Assembly (NCBI GenBank): GCA_018267795.1
Contig: JAFDXS010000001.1
Location: forward strand, 1 to 28,826
Reading direction: 5' to 3'
Source: Bacteroidota bacterium
Lineage (GTDB): Bacteria > Bacteroidota > Bacteroidia > Chitinophagales > Chitinophagaceae
DNA: 28,826 nt
How positions within the stretch are numbered: the first letter of the stretch is position 1; every line of letters starts with the position of its first letter. The notes under the pieces were generated by a model. That model ran no database searches and had not been told where the DNA came from. It saw only the letters and a program-made list of their open reading frames with translations. This document shows positions 17,029 through 25,458 of the stretch, in pieces. The position numbers and the translations under genes were made by a program.

Positions 17029-17865
17029 ATGAATAAATGCCTGACCTTCTTACTGCTTGGTCTTTTACCTATAGCATCTCAAGCCCAATCAGCTAATACT
17101 GTGACTGCTACTCAACAGGAGCAGCCTCACTCAAAAAAGAAAGGTTCTTTTTACTTTTCCTGGGGCTACAATACTGAATGGTACACCCATAGCGATATAA
17201 AGGTGAAGCAATCAGCGCTTGGCAATGACTACACTATGGTCGATATGATAGGCCATGACCATAAAGGCTGGGATAATGGTATATTCAACAAGGCTATTAG
17301 CATTCCGCAGTATAACTATAGGTTGGGTTATTTCTTCAATGAAGAAAAAGGCTGGGCTATTGAGCTCAATTTCGATCATACTAAGTTTGTTGCACAAGAG
17401 CCGCAAAATGCGCATATAAAGGGTACTTTAGGCAACCGAAAAGTGGATACCACAGTCAATTTTCAGGAATCTAACGGCTTTTATTATTACCTGAACAATG
17501 GCGCCAACTTCTTTCTCATCAACCTTGTAAAGCGCCTGAATATTGTTCAGACTAAAGATGAAAAATTCAGGTTAGACTTTTTGGGTAAGGTAGGCGTAGG
17601 CCCGGTAGTACCGCACGTCGAAAACAGCTTTTTCGGTCATGCTAATGATCCTCACTTCCAGGTGGGCGGTTGGAATACAGGTGTAGAAGCTACTATCAAG
17701 GCTACTTTCTTTAAGATCGTGTACCTGGAGTATTGCAACAAGCTCGACTATGCACGCTATTCTAACCTTAAGATATACGAAGGCACTGCTAAGCAGGCAT
17801 TTGGTACTTACGAAATGATATTAAACCTTGGTGTTATGATTCCGCGCAATTTGTGGAGGAAATAG
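17029..17865 (+). CDS. Secreted, probable outer-membrane beta-barrel hypothetical protein
   Basis: Start refined to MNKCLTF (TACTTTTG box at about 16998); signal peptide ending SQA-Q; alternating aromatic/Gly beta-strand pattern. Confidence 0.75.
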   Translation: MNKCLTFLLLGLLPIASQAQSANTVTATQQEQPHSKKKGSFYFSWGYNTEWYTHSDIKVKQSALGNDYTMVDMIGHDHKGWDNGIFNKAISIPQYNYRLGYFFNEEKGWAIELNFDHTKFVAQEPQNAHIKGTLGNRKVDTTVNFQESNGFYYYLNNGANFFLINLVKRLNIVQTKDEKFRLDFLGKVGVGPVVPHVENSFFGHANDPHFQVGGWNTGVEATIKATFFKIVYLEYCNKLDYARYSNLKIYEGTAKQAFGTYEMILNLGVMIPRNLWRK

Positions 17866-17874
17866 TAGGAAAGT

Positions 17875-18321
17875 TTATTTCAGAAATCTTCTCATTTCTC
17901 TTTCAGCTTCGCGGTTTTTCGTTGTTTCGCGCTTGTCATGTACCTTCTTACCTCTGCCTAATCCTATGTCCAGCTTGGCAAAGCCCTTTTCATTTATGTA
18001 CATACTTAGGGGTACTATGGTCAGGCCTTTCTCTTTTATTTTCTGGGCCCACTTGTTCAGCTCTTTTTTTGTTAGCAGCAGTTTACGTTCTCTTGTTGGT
18101 AAATGTCCTGCGTAGCCCGCATTTACATACTCAGCTATATGCAGGCTTTTTATCCATAGCTCACCATTGCTGAAGAAACAATAGCTGTCATTAAAGCTCA
18201 CCTTACCATTGCGCACAGACTTTATTTCCGATCCCGTTAGCATTATACCTGCAGTCAGTTTATCCTCTATTGCATATTCAAATGTAGCAGGACGGTTTTT
18301 TATGTAAACGTTTTCAGCCAA
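17875..18321 (-). CDS. smpB: SsrA-binding protein SmpB
   Basis: AGIMLTGSEIKSVR, SLHIAEY, RERKLLL, IVPLSMY, GLGRGKKVHDKRE. Confidence 0.97.
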   Translation of the reverse strand: MAENVYIKNRPATFEYAIEDKLTAGIMLTGSEIKSVRNGKVSFNDSYCFFSNGELWIKSLHIAEYVNAGYAGHLPTRERKLLLTKKELNKWAQKIKEKGLTIVPLSMYINEKGFAKLDIGLGRGKKVHDKRETTKNREAEREMRRFLK

Positions 18322-18342
18322 AGTTTATAGAAAGAGTAATAT

Positions 18343-19224
18343 TTACTTATCGCTTACAGCAGGCTCAGCTTTATGGTTCATAAACCAGCTTATTGTCTGC
18401 GATAATTTGTATTTAAGATTAGTGCGGTCCACTATAAAGTCCAGGAAGCCATGCTCCAGCAAAAACTCTGAACGCTGGAAGCCGGCAGGCAGGTCTTTCT
18501 TTATAGTTTCCTTTATCACGCGTGGCCCGGCAAAGCCTATCAATGCCTTCGGCTCGGCAATGTTTATATCCCCCAGCATGGCATAAGAAGCAGTTACGCC
18601 CCCGGTAGTCGGGTCTGTCATCAGCGATATATATGGAAGTTGTGCTTTAGCCAATTGGGTCAGCTTAGCCGATGTCTTTGCCATTTGCATTAGCGAAAAA
18701 GCACTTTCCATCATGCGTGCACCACCCGATTTTGAGATGATCATAAACGGCATTTTATGTGCTATAGCATAGTCTATGCCCCTGCTTATCTTTTCACCCA
18801 CCACAGAGCCCATTGAGCCGCCAATGAAGTTGAAGTTCATACAGGCTATCACCAGGTTTTGTCCATTTATCTTCCCTACTCCCACGCTCATAGCATCCTT
18901 CAGATGCGTGGTTTTCTGGGCCTCCTTTAGACGGGCATTATAGGGCTTCATATCCACAAAGCCCAGGAAGTCTTTAGGAACTATATTTTCAAAAAGTAAT
19001 TCGTATTTGTGGCCGTCGAAAAGGATGTCGAAATATTCAACAGCATTTATGCGGTTATGATAATTACACTTTTGGCATACGTATAGATTATCATGAAGTT
19101 CTTTTACCGTAGTAGTGGTTTTGCATTCAGGGCACTTGTGCCACAATCCATCCGGTGCTTCCTTCTTTTCCTGTGTGGTAGTTACAATGCCTTTCTTTAT
19201 ACGACGAAACCAGGTTGACGACAT
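18343..19224 (-). CDS. accD: Acetyl-CoA carboxylase carboxyltransferase beta subunit
   Basis: Zn finger CPEC...CQKC; [13 protein letters not shown]; SGGARMMES; [10 protein letters not shown]; IGFAGPRVI; TATCTTTG box at 19272-19279. Confidence 0.97.
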   Translation of the reverse strand: MSSTWFRRIKKGIVTTTQEKKEAPDGLWHKCPECKTTTTVKELHDNLYVCQKCNYHNRINAVEYFDILFDGHKYELLFENIVPKDFLGFVDMKPYNARLKEAQKTTHLKDAMSVGVGKINGQNLVIACMNFNFIGGSMGSVVGEKISRGIDYAIAHKMPFMIISKSGGARMMESAFSLMQMAKTSAKLTQLAKAQLPYISLMTDPTTGGVTASYAMLGDINIAEPKALIGFAGPRVIKETIKKDLPAGFQRSEFLLEHGFLDFIVDRTNLKYKLSQTISWFMNHKAEPAVSDK

Positions 19225-19366
19225 ATTCAGTTAATTAGTTAACAAATCATCTCTTTTTTGCAGACGGACTGCAAAGATACAACTTGAAAATTACTCTACC
19301 ACTCCACATTATTCCATACAGGTTACCCATTATAACCTTAAAATGTGGATTCAATTGCTTTGTTTG

Positions 19367-19807
19367 CTAACTATTAAACTGTCTGAGGTGGTGGTCAATA
19401 TGTTTATAGGCCATCCGCCCTGCCTGGTCGGCAGTTAAAGGCCCGAAAAATGGATGAATAAACCCTGAGTTTTCCTGCAGGTCATGTTGCTTAATGAGTT
19501 TGATCCATTCCGCTTTTGCCGCTGTTACATCCCCATTGTCCTTTATTTTAAAAGATGGGACTGTGGGCATATTTCGTGCCGCCGGCTCATCTTTTAGCAT
19601 GTTTTTCAGTGCCATTTTGCCAACTATGCGCCCGAGAAGAGATTGTTTGTATTTCCTTTTCCCCAATAGCATTTCCTCCCACATAGTACAGTGCTTCACC
19701 ATCTGGTACACGTTCATCTTGCCCCATTGCGGTTTGCTATTCTCGCTAAGCGTATTAATTCTATTTATTACCTCTTCTCTTGTCCTTTTGTCAAATATTG
19801 TTTTCAT
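19367..19807 (-). CDS. DUF1569 / DinB-like protein
   Basis: Start refined to MKTIFD; RINTLSENSKPQWGKMNVYQMVKHC, HPFFGPLT and KHIDHHLRQF motifs. Confidence 0.85.
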   Translation of the reverse strand: MKTIFDKRTREEVINRINTLSENSKPQWGKMNVYQMVKHCTMWEEMLLGKRKYKQSLLGRIVGKMALKNMLKDEPAARNMPTVPSFKIKDNGDVTAAKAEWIKLIKQHDLQENSGFIHPFFGPLTADQAGRMAYKHIDHHLRQFNS

Positions 19808-19812
19808 ATTTA

Positions 19813-20220
19813 TTATTGTTGGTATAGTGAAAACCAATTACCGCTATCATCTTTAAATAAGGCTTCCGTACCGTAAAATTCCTTTGTTGGTGGTTTCACG
19901 AATTCAACCCCTTTACTTTTCAGTTCTTCATAAGTTGCATAAATATCTGTGCAGGAAAAGACACCGGGTCCAAATGTGCCTTTGCTAATGAGCTCCGTCA
20001 TTAATTTTACAGTTTCTTCACTGAACATTCTTCCAACGGCTACAGGGAACAATGTGATTTCCAGTTCAGGCTGTTCAGGTGGCGTTACGGTTAGCCAGCG
20101 GGCATTTGCTCCCATTGGTACGTCCATTTTTACTTTAAACCCAAGTTTATTGGTATAAAAATCAAAGGCGCTATCCTGGTTTAGAACATAGACGCACATG
20201 TTTGTCATTTTACTGATCAT
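19813..20220 (-). CDS. VOC (glyoxalase/bleomycin-resistance) family protein
   Basis: VYVLNQDSAFDFYTNKLGF; YEELKSKGVEF; ALFKDDSGNWFSL. Confidence 0.92.
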   Translation of the reverse strand: MISKMTNMCVYVLNQDSAFDFYTNKLGFKVKMDVPMGANARWLTVTPPEQPELEITLFPVAVGRMFSEETVKLMTELISKGTFGPGVFSCTDIYATYEELKSKGVEFVKPPTKEFYGTEALFKDDSGNWFSLYQQ

Positions 20221-20268
20221 TGCCTTTATTTTATTACTTACAATGACGTAAAGGTCAGTAATGAATGA

Positions 20269-20724
20269 TTAAGGAACTATCTCAAAATTGCTATTTTCGC
20301 TCCATCCGTGCTGATAAGCAAAACAACCCGGAACAAACATCAACGGGGTGTTCATGATTTGCACTTTCATTTTTTGCTGCTCCTCCAGGAAGGCAGACGG
20401 CGTTACGCCCACAGTACGTTTAAACAAACTGCCAAACGAGCTTAAACTTTCAAAACCAACAGCATAGCAGGCTTCAGAGACCGTTTGGCCTGCCCTTAAT
20501 AGCTGTATCGCTTTTTCAATTCTTACCGCAGTAAGGTATTGATGTGGTGTTTTGCCGTATATATTTTTAAATAAACGGATAAAATGGAATTTTGAAAAAT
20601 ACGCTTCATCCGCAATATTGTTAAGCTCTATATTTTCTGCATAATGACTGTCAATGAAAAGTTTGGCCTGAACAACCCGTTTATATAAATAAACCTTTGG
20701 ATATTGCTCTATGGTCCTCTTCAC
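20269..20724 (-). CDS. Short AraC-family regulator (DNA-binding domain only)
   Basis: FSKFHFIRLFKNIYGKTPHQYL; VGFESLSSFGSLFKRTVGVTPS double HTH. Confidence 0.92.
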   Translation of the reverse strand: MKRTIEQYPKVYLYKRVVQAKLFIDSHYAENIELNNIADEAYFSKFHFIRLFKNIYGKTPHQYLTAVRIEKAIQLLRAGQTVSEACYAVGFESLSSFGSLFKRTVGVTPSAFLEEQQKMKVQIMNTPLMFVPGCFAYQHGWSENSNFEIVP

Positions 20725-20842
20725 TTGTTAATTGCTTATCGTATGTGGCTGGGATAGTTGTGAATATCTATAAAGATAGTGTACGAAAAACATTTTCATC
20801 ATAGTTCTCACATAAATAACAATGACAGTTTAAAAGCAACTC

Positions 20843-22453
20843 TTACGGCCTATACACTATCTTCCTGCTTACTACTACACTACCCTGTGTCCGTATCTGC
20901 AGCACCAGCATGCCCGCGGCAGTACCTTGTGGTATGTATAATGTGCGTTCCTTTCCTGTTCCGCCTATACTGGTCGTTATTATCTTGCCATTAATGTCCG
21001 TCACCTTCATACTTACTTCGCTCATGCCATCCGGCAGGCGTACATTTACCACTCCATTAGTTATGGTTGGGTATACCACTATCTCATTACTGGTACTCAC
21101 GTTTATAATACCGGTTGTTGTATCTGTTTCTTTTAGCTGCACTACCCAGTAGTCATTAGGTCCATAGCAGCTGTCCATATCTCCGTCTTTTGAACAGCCA
21201 TTACCGGTTGTTACATATACACTGTCTGTTACCTGTAGTATTTCATATCCAGCTTCCTGACTGCTGCCACCCAGGCATTTTTGCCATAGTAGCTTGCCTT
21301 TTGCATCCGTACGCACTACCCATTCGTCACTGTACATAATGCTGCTTCTATGCAGCCCTGTTACATCGCCATCGTGAGAAGTTGTGAGGCCTGTCATTAT
21401 ATAACCGCCATCATAGGTTTGTATAATGTCAAATAGTTGTTCACCTCCACTACCGCCATATGTCTTTTGCCAGTTTAGAGTACCATCGGCATCCAGTTTC
21501 ACCACCCAATAGTCCTCCAATCCATGGTTATAGGTTACATCACCATCAGAAGAGCGTGTTGTTCCTCCTACTATATAACCACCATCACTTGTTTGTCGTA
21601 TGGAAAATGAGCCTTCCATTCTATTGCCACCCAGGCATTTTTGCCATTTCATACTACCGTGTACATCTAATTTCACTACCCATATGTCTGTGCTGTCATG
21701 ATAGCCGCTTACATCTCCGTCAGCAGATTGAGTACTCCCCACCATTATATATCCGCTGTCACTTGTTTGTTGTATATAGCTGCCGGCATCCTGATTGCTG
21801 CCCCCCAGGCTTTTTTGCCAGGCTATATTGCCGCTGGCATCTAGTTTTACTACCCATGCATCAACAGTTCGGGCGGCAGTATGTATGCCACTCAGGTCGC
21901 CATCGATAGAGCCGGTTTCACCACAAAAAATGTATCCGCCATCATTGGTAGGCCTTATGCATTGTATCAGATCAAAGTTACTGCCTCCATAATTTTTTTC
22001 CCAGATTATGCTGCCGGTGGAAGATAAGTGCACCACCCAACCGTCAGCGCTGCCGTTATTATGCGCTACATCTCCATCTGTACTTTGTGTGAAGCCGGCA
22101 GCTATATACCCGCTGCCTGCCTTAATAATACTTTGTATATCATCCGCATCGGTTCCACCCAGGCATTTTTGCCATTGCAGTTTTCCCGTGGCATCTATAC
22201 TTATGACCCAACCGTCAGCAGAACCATGATTGCCGGTTATCTCATCATTTGTTGATCCTGTAAAGCCGCATATAATATAGCCTCCATTTATTCCATTGCA
22301 TATGCCAAGTGAATTATCATTGCCGCTCCCACCATAGTTCTTTTGCCATTCAATCACAGCGCTCTTTTGCGCTAACACATCTATCGGTATGTTCAGTTGT
22401 AGAAAAAGAAAAGAAAATACCAGCAGAACGCTATGTACTTGGGTTTTTCTCAT
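20843..22453 (-). CDS. T9SS type-A sorting-domain protein with a 7-repeat beta-propeller
   Basis: Signal peptide ending VLA-Q; seven W(Q/E)Kx(Y/L)GG repeats; C-terminal IVVYPT...VTDINGK...RKIV CTD. Confidence 0.9.
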   Translation of the reverse strand: MRKTQVHSVLLVFSFLFLQLNIPIDVLAQKSAVIEWQKNYGGSGNDNSLGICNGINGGYIICGFTGSTNDEITGNHGSADGWVISIDATGKLQWQKCLGGTDADDIQSIIKAGSGYIAAGFTQSTDGDVAHNNGSADGWVVHLSSTGSIIWEKNYGGSNFDLIQCIRPTNDGGYIFCGETGSIDGDLSGIHTAARTVDAWVVKLDASGNIAWQKSLGGSNQDAGSYIQQTSDSGYIMVGSTQSADGDVSGYHDSTDIWVVKLDVHGSMKWQKCLGGNRMEGSFSIRQTSDGGYIVGGTTRSSDGDVTYNHGLEDYWVVKLDADGTLNWQKTYGGSGGEQLFDIIQTYDGGYIMTGLTTSHDGDVTGLHRSSIMYSDEWVVRTDAKGKLLWQKCLGGSSQEAGYEILQVTDSVYVTTGNGCSKDGDMDSCYGPNDYWVVQLKETDTTTGIINVSTSNEIVVYPTITNGVVNVRLPDGMSEVSMKVTDINGKIITTSIGGTGKERTLYIPQGTAAGMLVLQIRTQGSVVVSRKIVYRP

Positions 22454-22881
22454 AAACAGGTGTTTAGGTTAAAGTTCAAAAGGTTTATAAATATAATAAA
22501 TTCATTGGCAAATGAAATATTCATGACTACCCTTACTTTTTAATTCCTTGTGGATATGTTTATTTGGAAACGCCTGTACTGCAATGCTAACTTGCATCAT
22601 AGGGTATATTACCCTTGAAGTTCTTTGAAATCCTGTAAACCTTTTTTGATGCGCGACAAAGCATGTGTACAAACTTGCCTTATTTGCAGGGAAATATAGC
22701 TGAAAGGTATAAACCAATACGTTTATACCCATTTATACCCTCGCCCAATTCGCTAAGAACATTTACCACAAAGCCTTCCAGACAAAAATCGTCAAAACAC
22801 TAATTTTTTTCGGAATTATACCTAAGCAACAAAATCAGCAAAACGCTATCCACATTTCCGTTAGTGCAGATGATAAAACTA

Positions 22882-22917
22882 AACACTTCCCCTCTTGAGA
22901 GGGGTGAGGGGTGTGTT
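22882..22917. repeat. REP-like GC-rich palindromic element
   Basis: AACACTTCCCCTCTTGAGAGGGGTGAGGGGTGTGTT: one CCCCTC arm facing two GAGGGG copies; single copy in this window. Confidence 0.55.
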
Positions 22918-22944
22918 AATACATAACATGGTAGCTGGGAAGGG

Positions 22945-23877
22945 CTATTCGCCCAAGGCTGTTTTTCCAGAAAGTAAGTAGATAACAGCCATGCGTATTG
23001 CCACCCCATTTTCTACCTGGTCCAGTATTATGGAGTTGGCACTATCTGCTACGTCGGAGTTTAGTTCTACCCCTCTGTTTATGGGGCCGGGGTGCATTAT
23101 TAGAATTTCCTTTTGCAGGCTATCCAGCATGTCCTTGTTTATGCCGTAGTAAAGGGAGTATTCGCGTAGCGTGGAGAATAGCGGTTTGTGCTGGCGCTCG
23201 AGTTGAATACGCAACACATTAGCCACATCGCAGTTTTGTAAGGCTTTTTTTACGTCATATTCTACCTTTACCCCCAGGTCCTGTATATACTTAGGTATCA
23301 GCGTTGGCGGGCCAGAAACTGTCACTTCAGCGCCTAGCTTGTTCAGGCAAAAGATATTGCTAAGTGCCACGCGGCTGTGCATTATATCACCAATTATCGT
23401 TACACGCTTGCCTTTCAGGTCGCCAAGCTTTTCTCTTATAGAGTAGGCATCAAGCAGTGCCTGTGTTGGGTGTTCATTTGTGCCATCGCCTGCATTTATT
23501 ATGCTTGCATCAACATGCTGTGCCAGGAACCATGGCGCACCGCTGGCAGAATGGCGCATCACTATCATGTCCACCTTCATGGCCAGTATATTGTTCACAG
23601 TATCTATCAGCGTTTCCCCTTTAGATACTGAAGAGCCTGAAGCGGAGAAATTAACCGTATCTGCGCTCAGGCGTTTTTCTGCCAGTTCAAACGAAATGCG
23701 GGTACGTGTAGAATTTTCGAAGAATAGATTTACAACAGTCGTATCGCGTAGCGCCGGCACCTTCTTTATTTGCCTTTGCAGCACTTGCTTAAAGTTATCA
23801 GCCGTCTGGAATATCTGTTCTATATCCTGTGTTTGCAGTTCTTTGATACCTAACAGATGTTTTACGGATAGCGACAT
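22945..23877 (-). CDS. pyrB: Aspartate carbamoyltransferase catalytic subunit
   Basis: FFENSTRTRISF; NAGDGTNEHPTQALLD; GDIMHSRVA; MHPGPINRGVE. Confidence 0.98.
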   Translation of the reverse strand: MSLSVKHLLGIKELQTQDIEQIFQTADNFKQVLQRQIKKVPALRDTTVVNLFFENSTRTRISFELAEKRLSADTVNFSASGSSVSKGETLIDTVNNILAMKVDMIVMRHSASGAPWFLAQHVDASIINAGDGTNEHPTQALLDAYSIREKLGDLKGKRVTIIGDIMHSRVALSNIFCLNKLGAEVTVSGPPTLIPKYIQDLGVKVEYDVKKALQNCDVANVLRIQLERQHKPLFSTLREYSLYYGINKDMLDSLQKEILIMHPGPINRGVELNSDVADSANSIILDQVENGVAIRMAVIYLLSGKTALGE

Positions 23878-23901
23878 GTATGTTGTTTGTTATTTTATGT
23901 A

Positions 23902-24429
23902 TTAATCAATGAGCACTACTTCGTCTTTCTGATCTTTCTCAGCCCAGTATACTTTTACCTTTTGGGTTATTATAGTATCTACTATACGTCCGGCATAGTC
24001 TGGCTGTATAGGCAGTTCCCTGCTAAAGCGTCGGTCTATTAGCACCATCAGCTCCACTTTCTTAGGTCGCCCAAAGTCTATCAGGGCATCCATAGCGGAG
24101 CGTATGGTACGGCCGGTGTGCAGCACATCGTCTATCAGCACCACGTTCCTGTTCTCTATGCTAAAGTTGATATCGGTAAGTGAAGGTACATGTATATCGC
24201 CCTGGTGCACATCATCACGATAAAAGGTAATATCCAGCATTCCATAGTCTATGTTTTGCTGTCCGGTTATTTTCCGCACCAGTTCTGCTATACGGCCCGA
24301 CATCCATATACCCCTTGGCTGGATGCCTATAATAGCTGTATCCTGAAAAGTGAGATGGTTTTCAACCAGTTGATGTGCCAGCCGCTGCAGCGTTATATCG
24401 AGTTGTTTATGATCCAGCAGGGTCTTCAA
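23902..24429 (-). CDS. pyrR: PyrR / uracil phosphoribosyltransferase
   Basis: LDITFYRDD; PRPP loop VVLIDDVLHTGRTIRSAMDAL; RELPIQPDY; TATTTTTG box at 24447-24454. Confidence 0.95.
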   Translation of the reverse strand: MKTLLDHKQLDITLQRLAHQLVENHLTFQDTAIIGIQPRGIWMSGRIAELVRKITGQQNIDYGMLDITFYRDDVHQGDIHVPSLTDINFSIENRNVVLIDDVLHTGRTIRSAMDALIDFGRPKKVELMVLIDRRFSRELPIQPDYAGRIVDTIITQKVKVYWAEKDQKDEVVLID

Positions 24430-24558
24430 ACTATGTAGATTTAGCTCAAAAATAAAAAAGCCCGCGCTTATTTACGAATTAGTTCAGGAAAAATGTTTTT
24501 CGGCAGATTTCCCGCTTGTCGGAAAGCCTTACATTCGCCCCCTGAAAAATTGTGTGTT

Positions 24559-24993
24559 ATGCCAGTTTCTATATTGAATCGTGTTAATGATTTTTTCGAG
24601 TCCTATGCCAAAGCTTATGAGCACTTCGATACCAAGCTCATGGCCTTTTTGCATAATATACCCTGCACCCTGCTCGATGATGAGTCCACAAGCATTTACC
24701 AGGAAGCCAGTAAACTGGAGGGCTTATTTAACCAAGGAATACACTTCTACAAGCAACACGGCATAGTACATGCCCGTGCAGAAGTCTGGAATATGCATGC
24801 CCTTACAGATAAAATAACCAAAGTAAAGGTGAACTGGAAGTACTACAATGCAGAAAAGCAACCCGTTTACAACTGTGACTACCACTATATACTAAAGCTG
24901 GACAAGCACGACCAGCCTAAAATAGTACTCTCAGTATCTGTAAACGAAAAGGAAAGAATGGAGGCCTGGCTGCAACAGCAAACGAATAAATAA
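24559..24993 (+). CDS. Hypothetical protein, probable NTF2/SnoaL-like fold
   Basis: Start refined to MPVSIL (TACATTCG just upstream); DFFESYAKAY N-terminal helix followed by beta strands (VKVNWKY...YHYIL...IVLSV). Confidence 0.7.
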   Translation: MPVSILNRVNDFFESYAKAYEHFDTKLMAFLHNIPCTLLDDESTSIYQEASKLEGLFNQGIHFYKQHGIVHARAEVWNMHALTDKITKVKVNWKYYNAEKQPVYNCDYHYILKLDKHDQPKIVLSVSVNEKERMEAWLQQQTNK

Positions 24994-25005
24994 TACCTTT
25001 ATTTC

Positions 25006-25404
25006 ATGAAGTTAATCAAAGCTTTTCAGCAAACTTTTGGCAAAATATATGGCGTTTTGGTCTTTGCTGCATTCCTCTATTTCATTGTGGTTGGTATATT
25101 CTGGTCTTATGAATCTTTTAAAGGAGGTCAGTTCAATATTGTAGCACTTATATTTACGCTGGTGTTCATTGCCCTTATGTATTTCAGGCATAGGTTGGCA
25201 ACCCTTATTGTTGGTATTATCGGGCTCTTCTTCTCTATTATCAGTTTCCTGGGCGTAATTGCCTCCTATAACAAATATAAAGCGACTATTGCCGCTGCAG
25301 ACCAGCATATAGGTATCATCATTACATTTTCTGTATTGAATCTTGTTATGTTCTTCCTACTCATATTCAGCTACCTGCGCGCATTCATCCAAAATCCAGA
25401 TTAA
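25006..25404 (+). CDS. Four-TM membrane hypothetical protein
   Basis: Four hydrophobic segments; 12 bp after the previous gene. Confidence 0.75.
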   Translation: MKLIKAFQQTFGKIYGVLVFAAFLYFIVVGIFWSYESFKGGQFNIVALIFTLVFIALMYFRHRLATLIVGIIGLFFSIISFLGVIASYNKYKATIAAADQHIGIIITFSVLNLVMFFLLIFSYLRAFIQNPD

Positions 25405-25406
25405 AT

Positions 25407-25431
25407 AAAAAGACCGGCTATTGACCGGTCT
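25407..25431. terminator. Terminator between convergent genes
   Basis: AAAA-AGACCGG-CTATTGA-CCGGTCT; U-tract on the minus strand. Confidence 0.6.
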
Positions 25432-25458
25432 GTTATATTAGGTAAATATTATAGTCTT

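Noticed and set aside
17875-18321. Possible tmRNA (ssrA) next to smpB
   Set aside because: The flanking gaps are only 9 and 21 bp, and no ssrA-like ends were seen elsewhere in the window
19303-19349. Imperfect nested hairpin TCCACATT...AGGTTA/TAACCT...AATGTGGA between DUF1569 and accD
   Set aside because: It has large asymmetric bulges and no U-tract; at most a weak terminator or stabiliser
22502-23009. 76-aa and 69-aa minus-strand ORFs and a 26-codon hydrophobic plus-strand ORF (22548) in the pyrB-T9SS gap
   Set aside because: No motifs; the 69-aa ORF overlaps pyrB and simply translates the REP-like palindrome (PSPLSRGE); the hydrophobic frame has a weak TTG start and no other support
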